A DNA stretch of 64,000 bases from Acidimicrobiia bacterium. GTDB lineage: Bacteria; Actinomycetota; Acidimicrobiia; Acidimicrobiales; VFJN01. A model generated the notes under the pieces. It was given only the letters and a program-made list of their open reading frames with translations. It did no database searches and was not told the origin of the DNA. Both the position numbers and the translations under genes were made by a program. Below, piece after piece: positions 8,742-17,511 of the stretch (positions are counted from its first letter, which is position 1; each line of letters begins with the position of its first letter). Location of the stretch: positions 28,380 through 92,379 of the forward strand of contig JBKHYD010000046.1 of NCBI GenBank assembly GCA_046565645.1. The letters run 5' to 3'.

Positions 8742-10029
8742 CGGCCAGCCCGACCCCGGCGATCGCGGCGGCCGTGACGAGCAGCGCCACCGCGGTGCCA
8801 CTGCCCCCGCCGTCGCCCGACGGGCCCGGCTCGTTGGCGGGGGCGGGGCGACCGACGCTGGTGGCGGCGGCGGTCGACGGCGGCGCAGCCGGCGAGCGAC
8901 CGGCGATCGGCGGCGGGTCCGGCGGCACCCGCGGCATCGGCTCGGCGCACTCCGGCGGGTCGGCGGTGGTGGCCAGCGAGCCGGGGGTCAGGTCGTTGCC
9001 GGCCACCACCAGGCCGCACACTCCGTCGACGGCCACCGCCGGCTCGCCCGGGCGCACCATCGGCTGGCGGTTGCCGGTCACCACCACGCCGTCGACGCGG
9101 GTGAACCGCAGCGGCGGGCGGGTGGCCGGCTCGTCGCTCGTGTTGTCCACCACCCAGAACCGTCGCCGCCGCTCCGCGCCGGGCGGCTCCACGGTGATGT
9201 TGAGGATGTGGCTGCGCAGCCGGTTGCGGGCCACCACGACCTCGTCGACTGGGCCCCGGCCGGCGGCGGCCACGAACAGCAGGCGGCCGGGGCCCACGTC
9301 GTTGTCGAGGATGTGGATGTCCTCGGCCCCCCACGACGGGCTGTTCGGCTCCAGGTCGATGGTGGCCCGGCGGGTCTCGGTGATGGCGTTGCGCTCGATC
9401 ACCACGTTGCGGCCGGCGGTGACGGTGAGCCCCTGGCGCCCGCTGCGGGCGAAGGTCGAGTCGTGGATCCACACGCTCTCGGACCACCGCCCGTCGTCGT
9501 GGCGGCCCACGTAGACGAAGTCCCCGAACACGTCGGTGATGCGCACGCCGTCGAGCTCCACGTCGACGGCGCCTTCGAGGCGGACGCCGTGCTGGCCTAC
9601 GAGCTCGACCTGGTAGGCGCGGTCGTCGAGGCCGGCGTAGGGGTTGGCGCCCACGATCGTGAGGTCGGTCACCACCACGCCGCGCCCGCCCACGATGCGC
9701 AGGTGGGCGCGGTCACCGTCGCCGGTGGCGCCAGCCACCAGGCGGGCCCCGCCGCCGTCGATGCGGAGGTCCCGCCGGCCGGCCACCACGAGGGTGCCAT
9801 CGAGCCGGTAGGTGGCGCCGGGCTCGAGGCGCAGCGTGGCGCCGTCGGGGGTGGCGTCGAGGCGGGCCTGGAGGGCGGCGGTGGCGTCGGGCAGGTCAGC
9901 CACCTCGGCGGGGTCGACGGCGGGGACCGCCCGCCCCGGGGGCCGCGCGGGCGCCGGCGTCGGCCCGCCGAGCGCGCCGAGCGCGACGAGCGCGACGGCG
10001 GCGACGGAGAGCAGCGGAGGAGGGGACAT
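8677..10029 (-). CDS. Secreted right-handed parallel beta-helix repeat protein with C-terminal membrane anchor
   Basis: ATG at 10029 (MSPPPLLSVAAVALVALGALG signal peptide). Repeated ~22 aa segments have G/N/D turns (VVTDLTIVGAN, VELDGVRITD, IHDSTFARSG, VVIERNAITE, IHILDNDV). A Pro-rich stalk, the TM segment AVALLVTAAAIAGVGLAV and an Arg-rich tail follow. The last ~65 nt overlap the 3' end of the convergent 6585..8741 gene. Confidence 0.65.
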   Translation of the reverse strand: MSPPPLLSVAAVALVALGALGGPTPAPARPPGRAVPAVDPAEVADLPDATAALQARLDATPDGATLRLEPGATYRLDGTLVVAGRRDLRIDGGGARLVAGATGDGDRAHLRIVGGRGVVVTDLTIVGANPYAGLDDRAYQVELVGQHGVRLEGAVDVELDGVRITDVFGDFVYVGRHDDGRWSESVWIHDSTFARSGRQGLTVTAGRNVVIERNAITETRRATIDLEPNSPSWGAEDIHILDNDVGPGRLLFVAAAGRGPVDEVVVARNRLRSHILNITVEPPGAERRRRFWVVDNTSDEPATRPPLRFTRVDGVVVTGNRQPMVRPGEPAVAVDGVCGLVVAGNDLTPGSLATTADPPECAEPMPRVPPDPPPIAGRSPAAPPSTAAATSVGRPAPANEPGPSGDGGGSGTAVALLVTAAAIAGVGLAVSARRGRRSAARRRQPPWPRP

Positions 10030-10106
10030 CGCCGACGCGACGCTAGACGCCTCCGGGGTTGCCGGCACTGCCGTCGAACGCCGGATCCGACCACCGACGG
10101 TGCTGA

Positions 10107-10121
10107 CTGACGGGTCGTCAG
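10107..10121. promoter_or_regulatory. Candidate operator palindrome CTGAC-N5-GTCAG (site a)
   Basis: CTGACGGGTCGTCAG lies in the 238 bp divergent intergenic region between the beta-helix gene and the dehydratase-aminotransferase gene. Its reverse complement is identical to the 15-mer at 58232..58246. Confidence 0.4.
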
Positions 10122-10267
10122 ACTTTTCTGAGCACGCTAAGCGGTTGTCGGTTACGTTACGCGGACGGCCGAGGGGACCTCTGCGCTTCCCTGGGTCGTT
10201 GAACCAGCCGGTCGAGGCGAAGCCTCGGTCCACCCACCACACCACACGTCGAACCCGGGGGACCATC

Positions 10268-13200
10268 GTGCACGAGCGCGCAGCCGCGAGCCCTTACACC
10301 ACCGATTGGAACGTGCCCCGGGCGGTGTACCGGGTCGTCCAGGGAACCGACAACGTCACGCTGGTGGCGCTCGACGCGGGCATCGTGGCCGTCTCGTGGC
10401 TGCTGGCGTTCGTCGCCGGGTTCGAATCGCAGATCCCCCACTCCGTGCAGGGCTACGGGTGGCTGGTGATCGGCCTCCCCGTGGTCATCCAGGTGAGCGT
10501 GCACAAGCTGGCCGGCCTCTACGGGCCGGTGTGGCGCTTCGCCTCGATCGAAGAGGGCCTCCGGGTGATCACGGCGGTCGCCGTCGGCGCGGTGGCCTCC
10601 TCCGCGGCGCTCGCCGTCGTGTCGCGGGTCGTGGGGGTCGACCTGCCCATGTTCACCACGCCGGCGGTGGCCGCCCTGCTGATGCTGCTCGGCTGCGGCG
10701 GGGTGCGCTTCCAGGCCCGGCTGTTCGCCCTCGAGCGGCAACGCAGCCGCGACGCCGGGTCGGTGCGGGCGCTCATCGTGGGCGCCGGCAGCCAGGGGGC
10801 GGCGCTGGCCTACGAGCTGTCGCAGACCGACTCGGGCCGCGACGTGCACGTGGTGGGCTTCGTCGACGACGACCCCCAGCTGCGCCGCCGGTCGGTGCGG
10901 GGCATCCCCGTGCTGGGCGACACCACCGAGATCGAGGCGCTCTGCGAGGCGCACGCCGTCGACCGGGTGCTCATCGCCCTGCCCGACGTCGACAAGGAGG
11001 CCACCAAGCCCATCGTCGAACGGGCGCTGCGCACGACGGCCCAGGTGAAGGTACTGCGCCCCAACGGCGATCCTTCCACGGGGATGCTGCGCAACGTGCG
11101 CGACATCGACCTCAGCGACCTGCTGGGTCGCCAGCCGGCGCCCGTCGACTCCGGTGACATCGCCGGCTACCTCGAAGGCAGCACCGTGATGGTGACCGGG
11201 GCGGGCGGGTCCATCGGGAGCGAGATCTGCCGCCAGGTGGCTCGCTACGGCCCGAAGCGACTCCTGCTCGTCGACCGCGACGAAACGCTGCTGCACGAGG
11301 TGGCCGTGGGCCCGCTCGCCGAGGCCGAGACGGTGCTGCTCGACATCACCGACCGCGGCCGGCTCACCGAGCTGCTCGAGAGTGCGCATCCCGAGGTGGT
11401 GTTCCACGCTGCCGCCAACAAGCACGTGCCCATCCTCGAGCGACACGCGGCGGTCGCGGCCACCACGAACGTGCTCAGCACATGGTGGCTGGCCAACGCC
11501 GCCGCCGAGAACGGATGCAAGCGGTTCGTGCACCTCTCCACCGACAAGGCCGCCCACCCCTGCTCGGTGATGGGTGCCACGAAGCGAGCCGCCGAGCACG
11601 TGGTCGTGGGCGTCGGACGCCGCTACGGACTTCCCTTCGTGGCGGTGCGGTTCGGCAACGTGCTGGGGAGCCGCGGCAGCGTCGTGCCGACCTTCCTCCG
11701 CCAGATCCTCGACGGCGGCCCCGTGACCGTGACCAGCCCCGAGATGACCCGCTACTTCATGACGATCCCCGAGGCCGTGAGCCTGGTCCTGCAGTCAGGG
11801 GCGATGGCCCACGATGGCCCGATCTTCCTGCTGGACATGGGTGAGCCGGCGTCGATCCTCGGTCTGGCCCGCCAGATGATCCGCCTCGCTGGCCTGCGAC
11901 CCGACCACGACATCGCCATCGAGATCACGGGCGCCCGCGCCGGGGAGCGCCTCCACGAGCGCCTTCACGACGAGGCAGAGGAGCTCAATCCGGCGAGCCA
12001 CCCGTCGATCTCCGGGTTGCGGCCCAAGGTGAGCCTGGACTGGGCCCGGCTGGTGCGGTCGATGGATGACCTGGAGCAGGCTTGCCGAAAGAACGACGAC
12101 ACGGTGCGCGGGGCCCTGATCGAGATGTTGCGCTGGTGCGGTGTCGACTGTCGCCTCGACCAGGCCACCGGGACGGGCGGGTCGGAGGAGCCCAGCGAGC
12201 CCACCGTGGTGATCGATCTCACCATCCCCGGCGGCGGGATCACCGTCGGGGAGGCGCCTGCCCCGCCGCCGGGGATGCGGTCGCCGCGGGTAGAAGGGGT
12301 GTCCGAGCTCGACCTCGCCGCCCCTCCTCGGACGGGCCGTCTGGCCGGCGGCCTGGCCCTGCTCACCGGCCTGGGTCCCCACTGCGCCCTGCCCTTTGCC
12401 CGCCCGGCCCGCCCAGACCTCGACCGGGTGATGCAGCGGGTAGAGGCTTCGTACCAGAGCGGCGCGCTCACCAACGGCCGGCTCGTTCGCGAGCTGGAGG
12501 AGCGCGTCGCCGAGCGGCTCCAGGTGGAGCACGTGGTGGCGGTCGCGTCCTGCACCTCAGGGTTGATGCTGGCCGTGCAGGCGCTTGTCGAAGGCCGCCG
12601 CGGACCGGTGGTGCTCCCGAGCTTCACGTTCTCCGCCACCGCCCATGCGGTGGCCTGGAACGCCCGGACACCGCGCTTCGTGGAATGCGACCCATCCACG
12701 TTCCAGATCGACGTCGACGACGTCGCCGCCGCCTTGACCGGCGCCAGCGCCGTCATCGCCACCCACATCTTCGGGGCACCGTGCACCCCCGAGGTGGTGG
12801 AGTCGCTGGCGTCCGCCGCTGGGGTGCCGGTGCTCTTCGATGCCGCCCACGCCTTCGGTGCCTTGAGCCACGGCCGCCCCATCGGGGGCTTCGGCGACGC
12901 CGAGGTCTTCAGCCTCACGCCGACCAAGCCCTTGGTCGCCGGCGAGGGGGGCCTGATCGCAACCAACGACAGTGCGCTGGCCGAGCGACTGCGCCTCGGG
13001 CGCGACTACGGCAACCCCGGCGACTACGACACGCAGTTCGTAGGGCTCAATGCCCGCATGTCGGAGCTGCACGCCGCGGTCGCCCTGGAGTCGCTGGCCA
13101 TGTTCGACCGCACGCTAGAGCGGCGGCGCGAGATCGCTCGGCGCTACGTGGCCGGCCTGCGCGACGTCCCCGGCATCCGGGTGCAGGCAGTGCCCGCTGG

Positions 13201-13540
13201 CCACCTGTCCACCTACAAGGACTTCACGGTCACCGTCGACGCCGACGACTTCGGAATCGACCGCGACCAGCTGGTGACCGTGCTCGCCGCCCAGGGGATC
13301 GATACCCGCAACTACTTCGACCCGCCTGTGCACCACCAGCACGCCTACCGCTGCGTCGAGACGCCCGAGCTGCCGGTGACCGACTCGGTCAGCCGCTCCG
13401 TCGTGAGCCTGCCGATCTACCCCGATCTCGCTCTGACCGACGTCGACCACGTGGTGGACACGATCCGCCTTGCTCACGAGCACGCAGAGGCCGTCTCGCA
13501 GGAGCTTGCGTCCTCCCGCGTCGATCGCCTCCTGATCTGA
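10268..13540 (+). CDS. In-frame fusion: membrane-bound CapD/PglF/WbpM-type nucleotide-sugar 4,6-dehydratase + DegT/DnrJ/EryC1-type PLP aminotransferase
   Basis: GTG at 10268. N-terminal TM helices are followed by two Rossmann regions (RALIVGAGSQG; VMVTGAGGSIGSE) and LSTDKAAHP. After a ~90 aa Pro/Gly-rich linker with no stop codon comes LPFARPARPDLDRVMQRVEASYQSGALTNG..., FSLTPTKPLVAGEGG (PLP lysine) and SLPIYPDL. Confidence 0.8.
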   Translation: MHERAAASPYTTDWNVPRAVYRVVQGTDNVTLVALDAGIVAVSWLLAFVAGFESQIPHSVQGYGWLVIGLPVVIQVSVHKLAGLYGPVWRFASIEEGLRVITAVAVGAVASSAALAVVSRVVGVDLPMFTTPAVAALLMLLGCGGVRFQARLFALERQRSRDAGSVRALIVGAGSQGAALAYELSQTDSGRDVHVVGFVDDDPQLRRRSVRGIPVLGDTTEIEALCEAHAVDRVLIALPDVDKEATKPIVERALRTTAQVKVLRPNGDPSTGMLRNVRDIDLSDLLGRQPAPVDSGDIAGYLEGSTVMVTGAGGSIGSEICRQVARYGPKRLLLVDRDETLLHEVAVGPLAEAETVLLDITDRGRLTELLESAHPEVVFHAAANKHVPILERHAAVAATTNVLSTWWLANAAAENGCKRFVHLSTDKAAHPCSVMGATKRAAEHVVVGVGRRYGLPFVAVRFGNVLGSRGSVVPTFLRQILDGGPVTVTSPEMTRYFMTIPEAVSLVLQSGAMAHDGPIFLLDMGEPASILGLARQMIRLAGLRPDHDIAIEITGARAGERLHERLHDEAEELNPASHPSISGLRPKVSLDWARLVRSMDDLEQACRKNDDTVRGALIEMLRWCGVDCRLDQATGTGGSEEPSEPTVVIDLTIPGGGITVGEAPAPPPGMRSPRVEGVSELDLAAPPRTGRLAGGLALLTGLGPHCALPFARPARPDLDRVMQRVEASYQSGALTNGRLVRELEERVAERLQVEHVVAVASCTSGLMLAVQALVEGRRGPVVLPSFTFSATAHAVAWNARTPRFVECDPSTFQIDVDDVAAALTGASAVIATHIFGAPCTPEVVESLASAAGVPVLFDAAHAFGALSHGRPIGGFGDAEVFSLTPTKPLVAGEGGLIATNDSALAERLRLGRDYGNPGDYDTQFVGLNARMSELHAAVALESLAMFDRTLERRREIARRYVAGLRDVPGIRVQAVPAGHLSTYKDFTVTVDADDFGIDRDQLVTVLAAQGIDTRNYFDPPVHHQHAYRCVETPELPVTDSVSRSVVSLPIYPDLALTDVDHVVDTIRLAHEHAEAVSQELASSRVDRLLI

Positions 13541-13561
13541 CGCGCAACCTCCCGTGGATCC

Positions 13562-13598
13562 CTGGCCAGCCGCCGGCAGGGACGACCTGCCTGGCCAG
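13562..13598 (+). terminator. Putative stem-loop terminator after the dehydratase-aminotransferase gene
   Basis: CTGGCCA-gccgcc-GGCAGG gacga CCTGCC-TGGCCAG starts 22 nt after the stop codon. No U-tract is present, which is usual in high-GC actinobacteria. Confidence 0.4.
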
Positions 13599-13862
13599 TG
13601 GCCAAGGAAGCGCCGTCGGGGACAGGCCCGCATGAGCGGCGGTCGCAGGGGTGGGCTGAACGGCACGCCAGCGCGCTCCTGTGCGGCCCACGGACCCTTG
13701 CCATGGGGTGAGCACCGGCACCGCCCCCACCTCACGGCGAGGTCGTGCCTGCCATGCGGTTGCTCGAGCGAACCGGCGACGAGCTCAGGTGCGGGGGAGG
13801 TGCAAGCGCTCCTGACGCTACGAAACGACCGGTAGGTGTTCGACGACGGGCACGATGGGGTG

Positions 13863-15404
13863 ATGAGCTCCGCCGGGGTGCTGCTGGGTGACGTCGTGGC
13901 CACCTCGGCGGCTGTCACGGCGACGCGGTCGCGAACGGCGAAGGTCGCCGCGCTGGCCGAGCTCCTGCGCCGGCTCGGCCCGGACGAGGTGGAGCCCACC
14001 GTCGGCTTCCTGGTCGGGCTGGCCCGACAGGGAAGGATCGGCGTCGGGTGGCGGACGGCGTACGGCGTGGAGTCTCCCCACGCGGCGGCGCCCACCCTTA
14101 CCGTGCTGGAGCTCGACGCCACGCTGTCGGCGCTTGCCGCCGCCACCGGTGCCGGCTCGGTGGCCGTCCGTCAGCAGCTCCTCCGCGACCTCTTCCGACG
14201 AGCCACGGTGGCGGAAGCCGACTTCGTCCGACGCCTGCTCGTCGGCGAGCTCCGCCAGGGTGCGCTGGCCGGGGTGATGACGGACGCCATCGCACGGGCT
14301 TCGGACGTGCCGCTGCCGGTCGTCCGTCGCGCCGTCATGCTCTCGGGCGACCTCGGGCGCACCGCCGAGCTGGCCCTCACCGGTGGGCGCGGCGCGCTCG
14401 AGGCGGTGCAGCTGCAGGTGCTGCACCCCATCGAGCCGATGCTGGCGGCCACCGCCGACGACGTCGCCGACGCCCTGGCCAAGACCGGGGAGGCGTCGGT
14501 CGAGTGGAAGCTCGACGGCGCCCGGGTCCAGGTGCACCGAGCCGGCGACGAGGTCCGCATCTACACCCGCAACCTCAACGACGTCACCGCTCGGCTGCCG
14601 GGCGTCACCTCGGCGGTGCGGGCGATGCCGGCGGACCAGGTCGTCCTCGACGGCGAGGTGCTCGGGGTGGACGAGGACGCCAAGCCCCAGGCCTTCCAGG
14701 ACACGATGAGCGCCTTCGGTCGCGACGCCGCCGCTGGCGCGGGGGACGGGCTGCTGGTGCGGTTCTTCGACATCCTCCACCGCGACGGCGTGGACCTCAT
14801 CGACGAGCCGCTGGGCGTGCGCCACGAGCACCTCGACGCGGTGGTCGGCCCGCTGGCCGTGCCCCGCACGGTGACCGCCGACCCGGCCGCCGCGGCGGCC
14901 GCGCTGGAGGTGGCGCTGGGCGAAGGGCACGAGGGCGTCGTGGTCAAGGCCCTCGACAGCCCCTACGAAGCCGGCCGCCGCGGGGGTTCGTGGCGCAAGG
15001 TCAAGCCCGTCCACACCCTCGACCTCGTCGTGCTGGCCGCCGAGTGGGGCCACGGCCGGCGGCAGGGCTGGCTGTCCAACCTCTGGCTCGGGGCCCGCGA
15101 CCCGGACGGGGGCTTCGTGATGGTCGGCAAGACCTTCAAGGGCCTGACCGACGAGCTCCTGGCCTGGCAGACCGCGGCCCTGCTGGAGCGGGAGGCGCAC
15201 CGGGACGGGATCGTGGTCCACGTCCGGCCCGAGCTCGTCGTCGAGATCGCCCTCGACGGCGTGCAGACCAGCACCCGGTACCCCGGCGGGGTGGCGCTGC
15301 GCTTCGCCCGGGTGAAGGGCTACCGGCCCGACAAGGACCCATCAGACGCCGACCTCATCGACGCCGTGCGAGCGCTCCGACCCGGTGTCGCACCTCGTCC
15401 CTAG
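13863..15404 (+). CDS. lig: ATP-dependent DNA ligase (LigB-type, with N-terminal DNA-binding domain)
   Basis: The adenylation motif I is EWKLDGAR, followed by later motifs (LDGEVL, EGVVVK, WRKVKP). The N-terminus LLGDVVATSAAVTATRSRTAKVAALAELL resembles mycobacterial LigB. Alternative starts are the GTGs at 13836 and 13860. Confidence 0.9.
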   Translation: MSSAGVLLGDVVATSAAVTATRSRTAKVAALAELLRRLGPDEVEPTVGFLVGLARQGRIGVGWRTAYGVESPHAAAPTLTVLELDATLSALAAATGAGSVAVRQQLLRDLFRRATVAEADFVRRLLVGELRQGALAGVMTDAIARASDVPLPVVRRAVMLSGDLGRTAELALTGGRGALEAVQLQVLHPIEPMLAATADDVADALAKTGEASVEWKLDGARVQVHRAGDEVRIYTRNLNDVTARLPGVTSAVRAMPADQVVLDGEVLGVDEDAKPQAFQDTMSAFGRDAAAGAGDGLLVRFFDILHRDGVDLIDEPLGVRHEHLDAVVGPLAVPRTVTADPAAAAAALEVALGEGHEGVVVKALDSPYEAGRRGGSWRKVKPVHTLDLVVLAAEWGHGRRQGWLSNLWLGARDPDGGFVMVGKTFKGLTDELLAWQTAALLEREAHRDGIVVHVRPELVVEIALDGVQTSTRYPGGVALRFARVKGYRPDKDPSDADLIDAVRALRPGVAPRP

Positions 15405-15456
15405 GCTGGTCGGTGCTTCCCCCTCCCCGTTGCCCTCGTGGAGGAGATCCGTCACC

Positions 15457-15696
15457 ATGGCCCTCGATGCCGCCCACCGCTCGTCCATCTACCAGAAGCT
15501 CGTCCCCGTGCTCGGCGAGGACGACGCCAACGCCTTCATGACCGAGTTCTCGGCTCACGAGAAGGACGAGCTCGTCACCAAGGAGTTCCTGCGCGCAGAG
15601 CTCGCCTCGCTGGAGGCCAAGCTCACGGTGCGGATGGGGGCGATGCTGGCCGCCAGCACCGCTCTCATGCTCACCGCGTTCGGTCTGTTCACCTGA
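15457..15696 (+). CDS. Small coiled-coil protein with C-terminal TM anchor (DUF1640-like)
   Basis: ATG at 15457 is preceded by GGAGGAG. The 79 aa product has a heptad-like ELVTKEFLRAELASLEAKLTV segment followed by the hydrophobic MGAMLAASTALMLTAFGLF. Confidence 0.5.
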   Translation: MALDAAHRSSIYQKLVPVLGEDDANAFMTEFSAHEKDELVTKEFLRAELASLEAKLTVRMGAMLAASTALMLTAFGLFT

Positions 15697-15719
15697 TCCT
15701 GGCCAACACCTGAACCTGC

Positions 15720-15745
15720 GCTGCGCAGCGTGGGAGCTGCGCAGC
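15720..15745. terminator. Bidirectional hairpin between convergent genes
   Basis: The self-complementary 10-mer GCTGCGCAGC occurs twice (15720-15729 and 15736-15745) with a 6 nt spacer. This gives a 10 bp GC stem. Confidence 0.5.
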
Positions 15746-15771
15746 ACAAGCTCGTGATGTGGAAGCCCTGG

Positions 15772-17301
15772 CTAGCGGGCGCGGCGTGCGTTGCCGCCGG
15801 CGGGGCGGCCCTTGCGGGCGGCTCCGGCACCGGCGGGTCGTCGGCCGGGCTTGCTGCCGGGGCGACCGGACCCCGCCGGGGCACCGGCGCGGTCCTGACC
15901 GTTGCGGGCGGGCTTGCCTCTGGTGGGCTTGCCGCCGCGCGGGGTGGAGGTGGAGGGCTTGCCGGACCGGGGGGTCCACTCGTTGCCCTGAGCGTCGGTC
16001 GGGCGACCGTCGCCTCCCTTGCTCTCGAACCGCCGTGAGGGCGACTGGCCCTTGCGATGGCCGGTTCGAGCGGGGCGCTCGGGGCGGGGCCGATCCTCGG
16101 CGCGGGCCCGCTCCCGGCGGGAGACGCCGTCGAGCCCGTCGCCGCGGTCGATCGGCTTGGGCGGGGCGGAGGCGAGGATGGTGGCCGCCGTGGCGACGGT
16201 GGCGGGCTCGATGGGCTCCCGGCGGCGCAGCTCCCGCTGCAGCTTCCGGACGTCCTTCTCCTTCTCGGGCGTCACCAGGGTGATGACCGTGCCGGGCTCC
16301 CCGGCCCGGCCGGTGCGACCGGAGCGGTGCACGTAGTCCTTGTCCGTGGTGGGCGGGTCGAACTGCAGCACGCAGGCGACGCCGTCCACGTGGATGCCCC
16401 TGGCGGCGACGTCGGTGGCGACGAGCACGTGCACGTCGCCCCGGCCGAAGGCGCCGAGGGCTCGCTCTCGCTGGCTCTGGCTGCGGTCGCCGTGGATGGC
16501 CTCGGCTCGCACCCCGGCCTTGTTGAGCTGCTTCGACAGGCGCTCGGCGCCGTGGCGGGTGCGGCTGAACACGATCGCGGGCCACGAGCGCTCCACGATG
16601 GCGGTGGTGACCTGGAGGCGGTCGGCCTGGGAGACGGCCCAGAAGCGGTGGGTCACCTCGCCCTGCGCCTCCATCGACACGGCCTCGTGGTGCACCGGGT
16701 CGGTCTGGTAGCGGTGGATGAGGACGTCGACGTCGCCGTCGAGGGTGGCCGAGAAGAGCAGGGTCTGGCGCTTCTCGTTGGTGCGGTCGAGCAGGCGCTT
16801 GACCTCCGGCAGGAACCCCATGTCGGCCATGCGGTCGGCCTCGTCGATGACGACGAGGTTGACGTCGTCGAGGCGAAGCGAGCCGCGGTCGAGCAGGTCC
16901 TTCAGGCGGCCGGGGGTGGCGACGACGATCTCGACGCCCCGCGCCAGCCGCTTCATCTGGCGGTCCATGCCCGCCCCGCCGTACACGGCGAGGACCTCGG
17001 TCTTGCTGCCCCAGGCGAGCGCCTCGAGCTGGTCGGTGACCTGCGACGCCAGCTCGCGGGTGGGGACGAGCACGAGGCCCTTGGGACGTCGCGGGGCGGC
17101 CCGCTCGACGCGGGCCAGCATCGGCAGGCCGAACGCGATCGTCTTGCCGGAGCCGGTGGGGGCCTTGCCGCAGACGTCGCGGCCGGCGAGGGCGTCGGGG
17201 AGGGTGGCCGCCTGTACGGGGAAGGGCGAGGCGATGCCCAGCTCCTCGAGGCGCGCGGACAGGCGGGCAGGGACGCCGAGCTCGGCGAAGGTGGTGCTCA
17301 T
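15772..17301 (-). CDS. DEAD-box ATP-dependent RNA helicase with Arg/Gly/Lys-rich C-terminal tail
   Basis: The Q-motif region is FAELGV..PFPVQ. The other helicase motifs are present: AKTGSGKT-like APTGSGKT, PTRELA, DEAD (VIDEADRM), SAT and HRSGRTGRAG. A ~130 aa basic, disordered tail follows. Confidence 0.9.
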   Translation of the reverse strand: MSTTFAELGVPARLSARLEELGIASPFPVQAATLPDALAGRDVCGKAPTGSGKTIAFGLPMLARVERAAPRRPKGLVLVPTRELASQVTDQLEALAWGSKTEVLAVYGGAGMDRQMKRLARGVEIVVATPGRLKDLLDRGSLRLDDVNLVVIDEADRMADMGFLPEVKRLLDRTNEKRQTLLFSATLDGDVDVLIHRYQTDPVHHEAVSMEAQGEVTHRFWAVSQADRLQVTTAIVERSWPAIVFSRTRHGAERLSKQLNKAGVRAEAIHGDRSQSQRERALGAFGRGDVHVLVATDVAARGIHVDGVACVLQFDPPTTDKDYVHRSGRTGRAGEPGTVITLVTPEKEKDVRKLQRELRRREPIEPATVATAATILASAPPKPIDRGDGLDGVSRRERARAEDRPRPERPARTGHRKGQSPSRRFESKGGDGRPTDAQGNEWTPRSGKPSTSTPRGGKPTRGKPARNGQDRAGAPAGSGRPGSKPGRRPAGAGAARKGRPAGGNARRAR

Positions 17302-17511
17302 CAGGGGGGAGGTCTCTCTCGTTCGTGCGCGCCCCGAAGGTGCAGGGACGCAGGCAGCCGCAGGGGGCGGCTTCCGTGGAGGTGGCTGTCTCGAGCCAGC
17401 TCGACACGGCCCGCCAGCGGCTGCTGACGCCCCAGCACCCTACCGGAGCGATCCGCCAGAACCACCATCCACCAGCGTCGGGCGGGGGACACGGGTGTAC
17501 CTTCGACGCCG

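Noticed and set aside
9812-10267. N-terminal 152-codon extension of the dehydratase-aminotransferase ORF.
   Set aside because: The extension runs through the divergent promoter region and overlaps the beta-helix gene start. Its composition is non-protein-like. The GTG at 10268 precedes the first TM helix.
13599-13862. Roughly 260 nt non-coding gap upstream of the DNA ligase gene; I looked for a tRNA, sRNA, riboswitch or small ORF.
   Set aside because: The ORFs here (for example 13554..13835) have junk composition. I found no cloverleaf, no conserved riboswitch core and no strong structure. The ligase start itself is uncertain (13836/13860/13863). A covariance-model scan would be needed to say more.
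17302-17511. 210 bp region between the DEAD-box helicase and tdk, examined as a possible structured 5' UTR or sRNA.
   Set aside because: I found no convincing conserved structure or motif by eye. It is most likely just divergent promoters plus the helicase leader.
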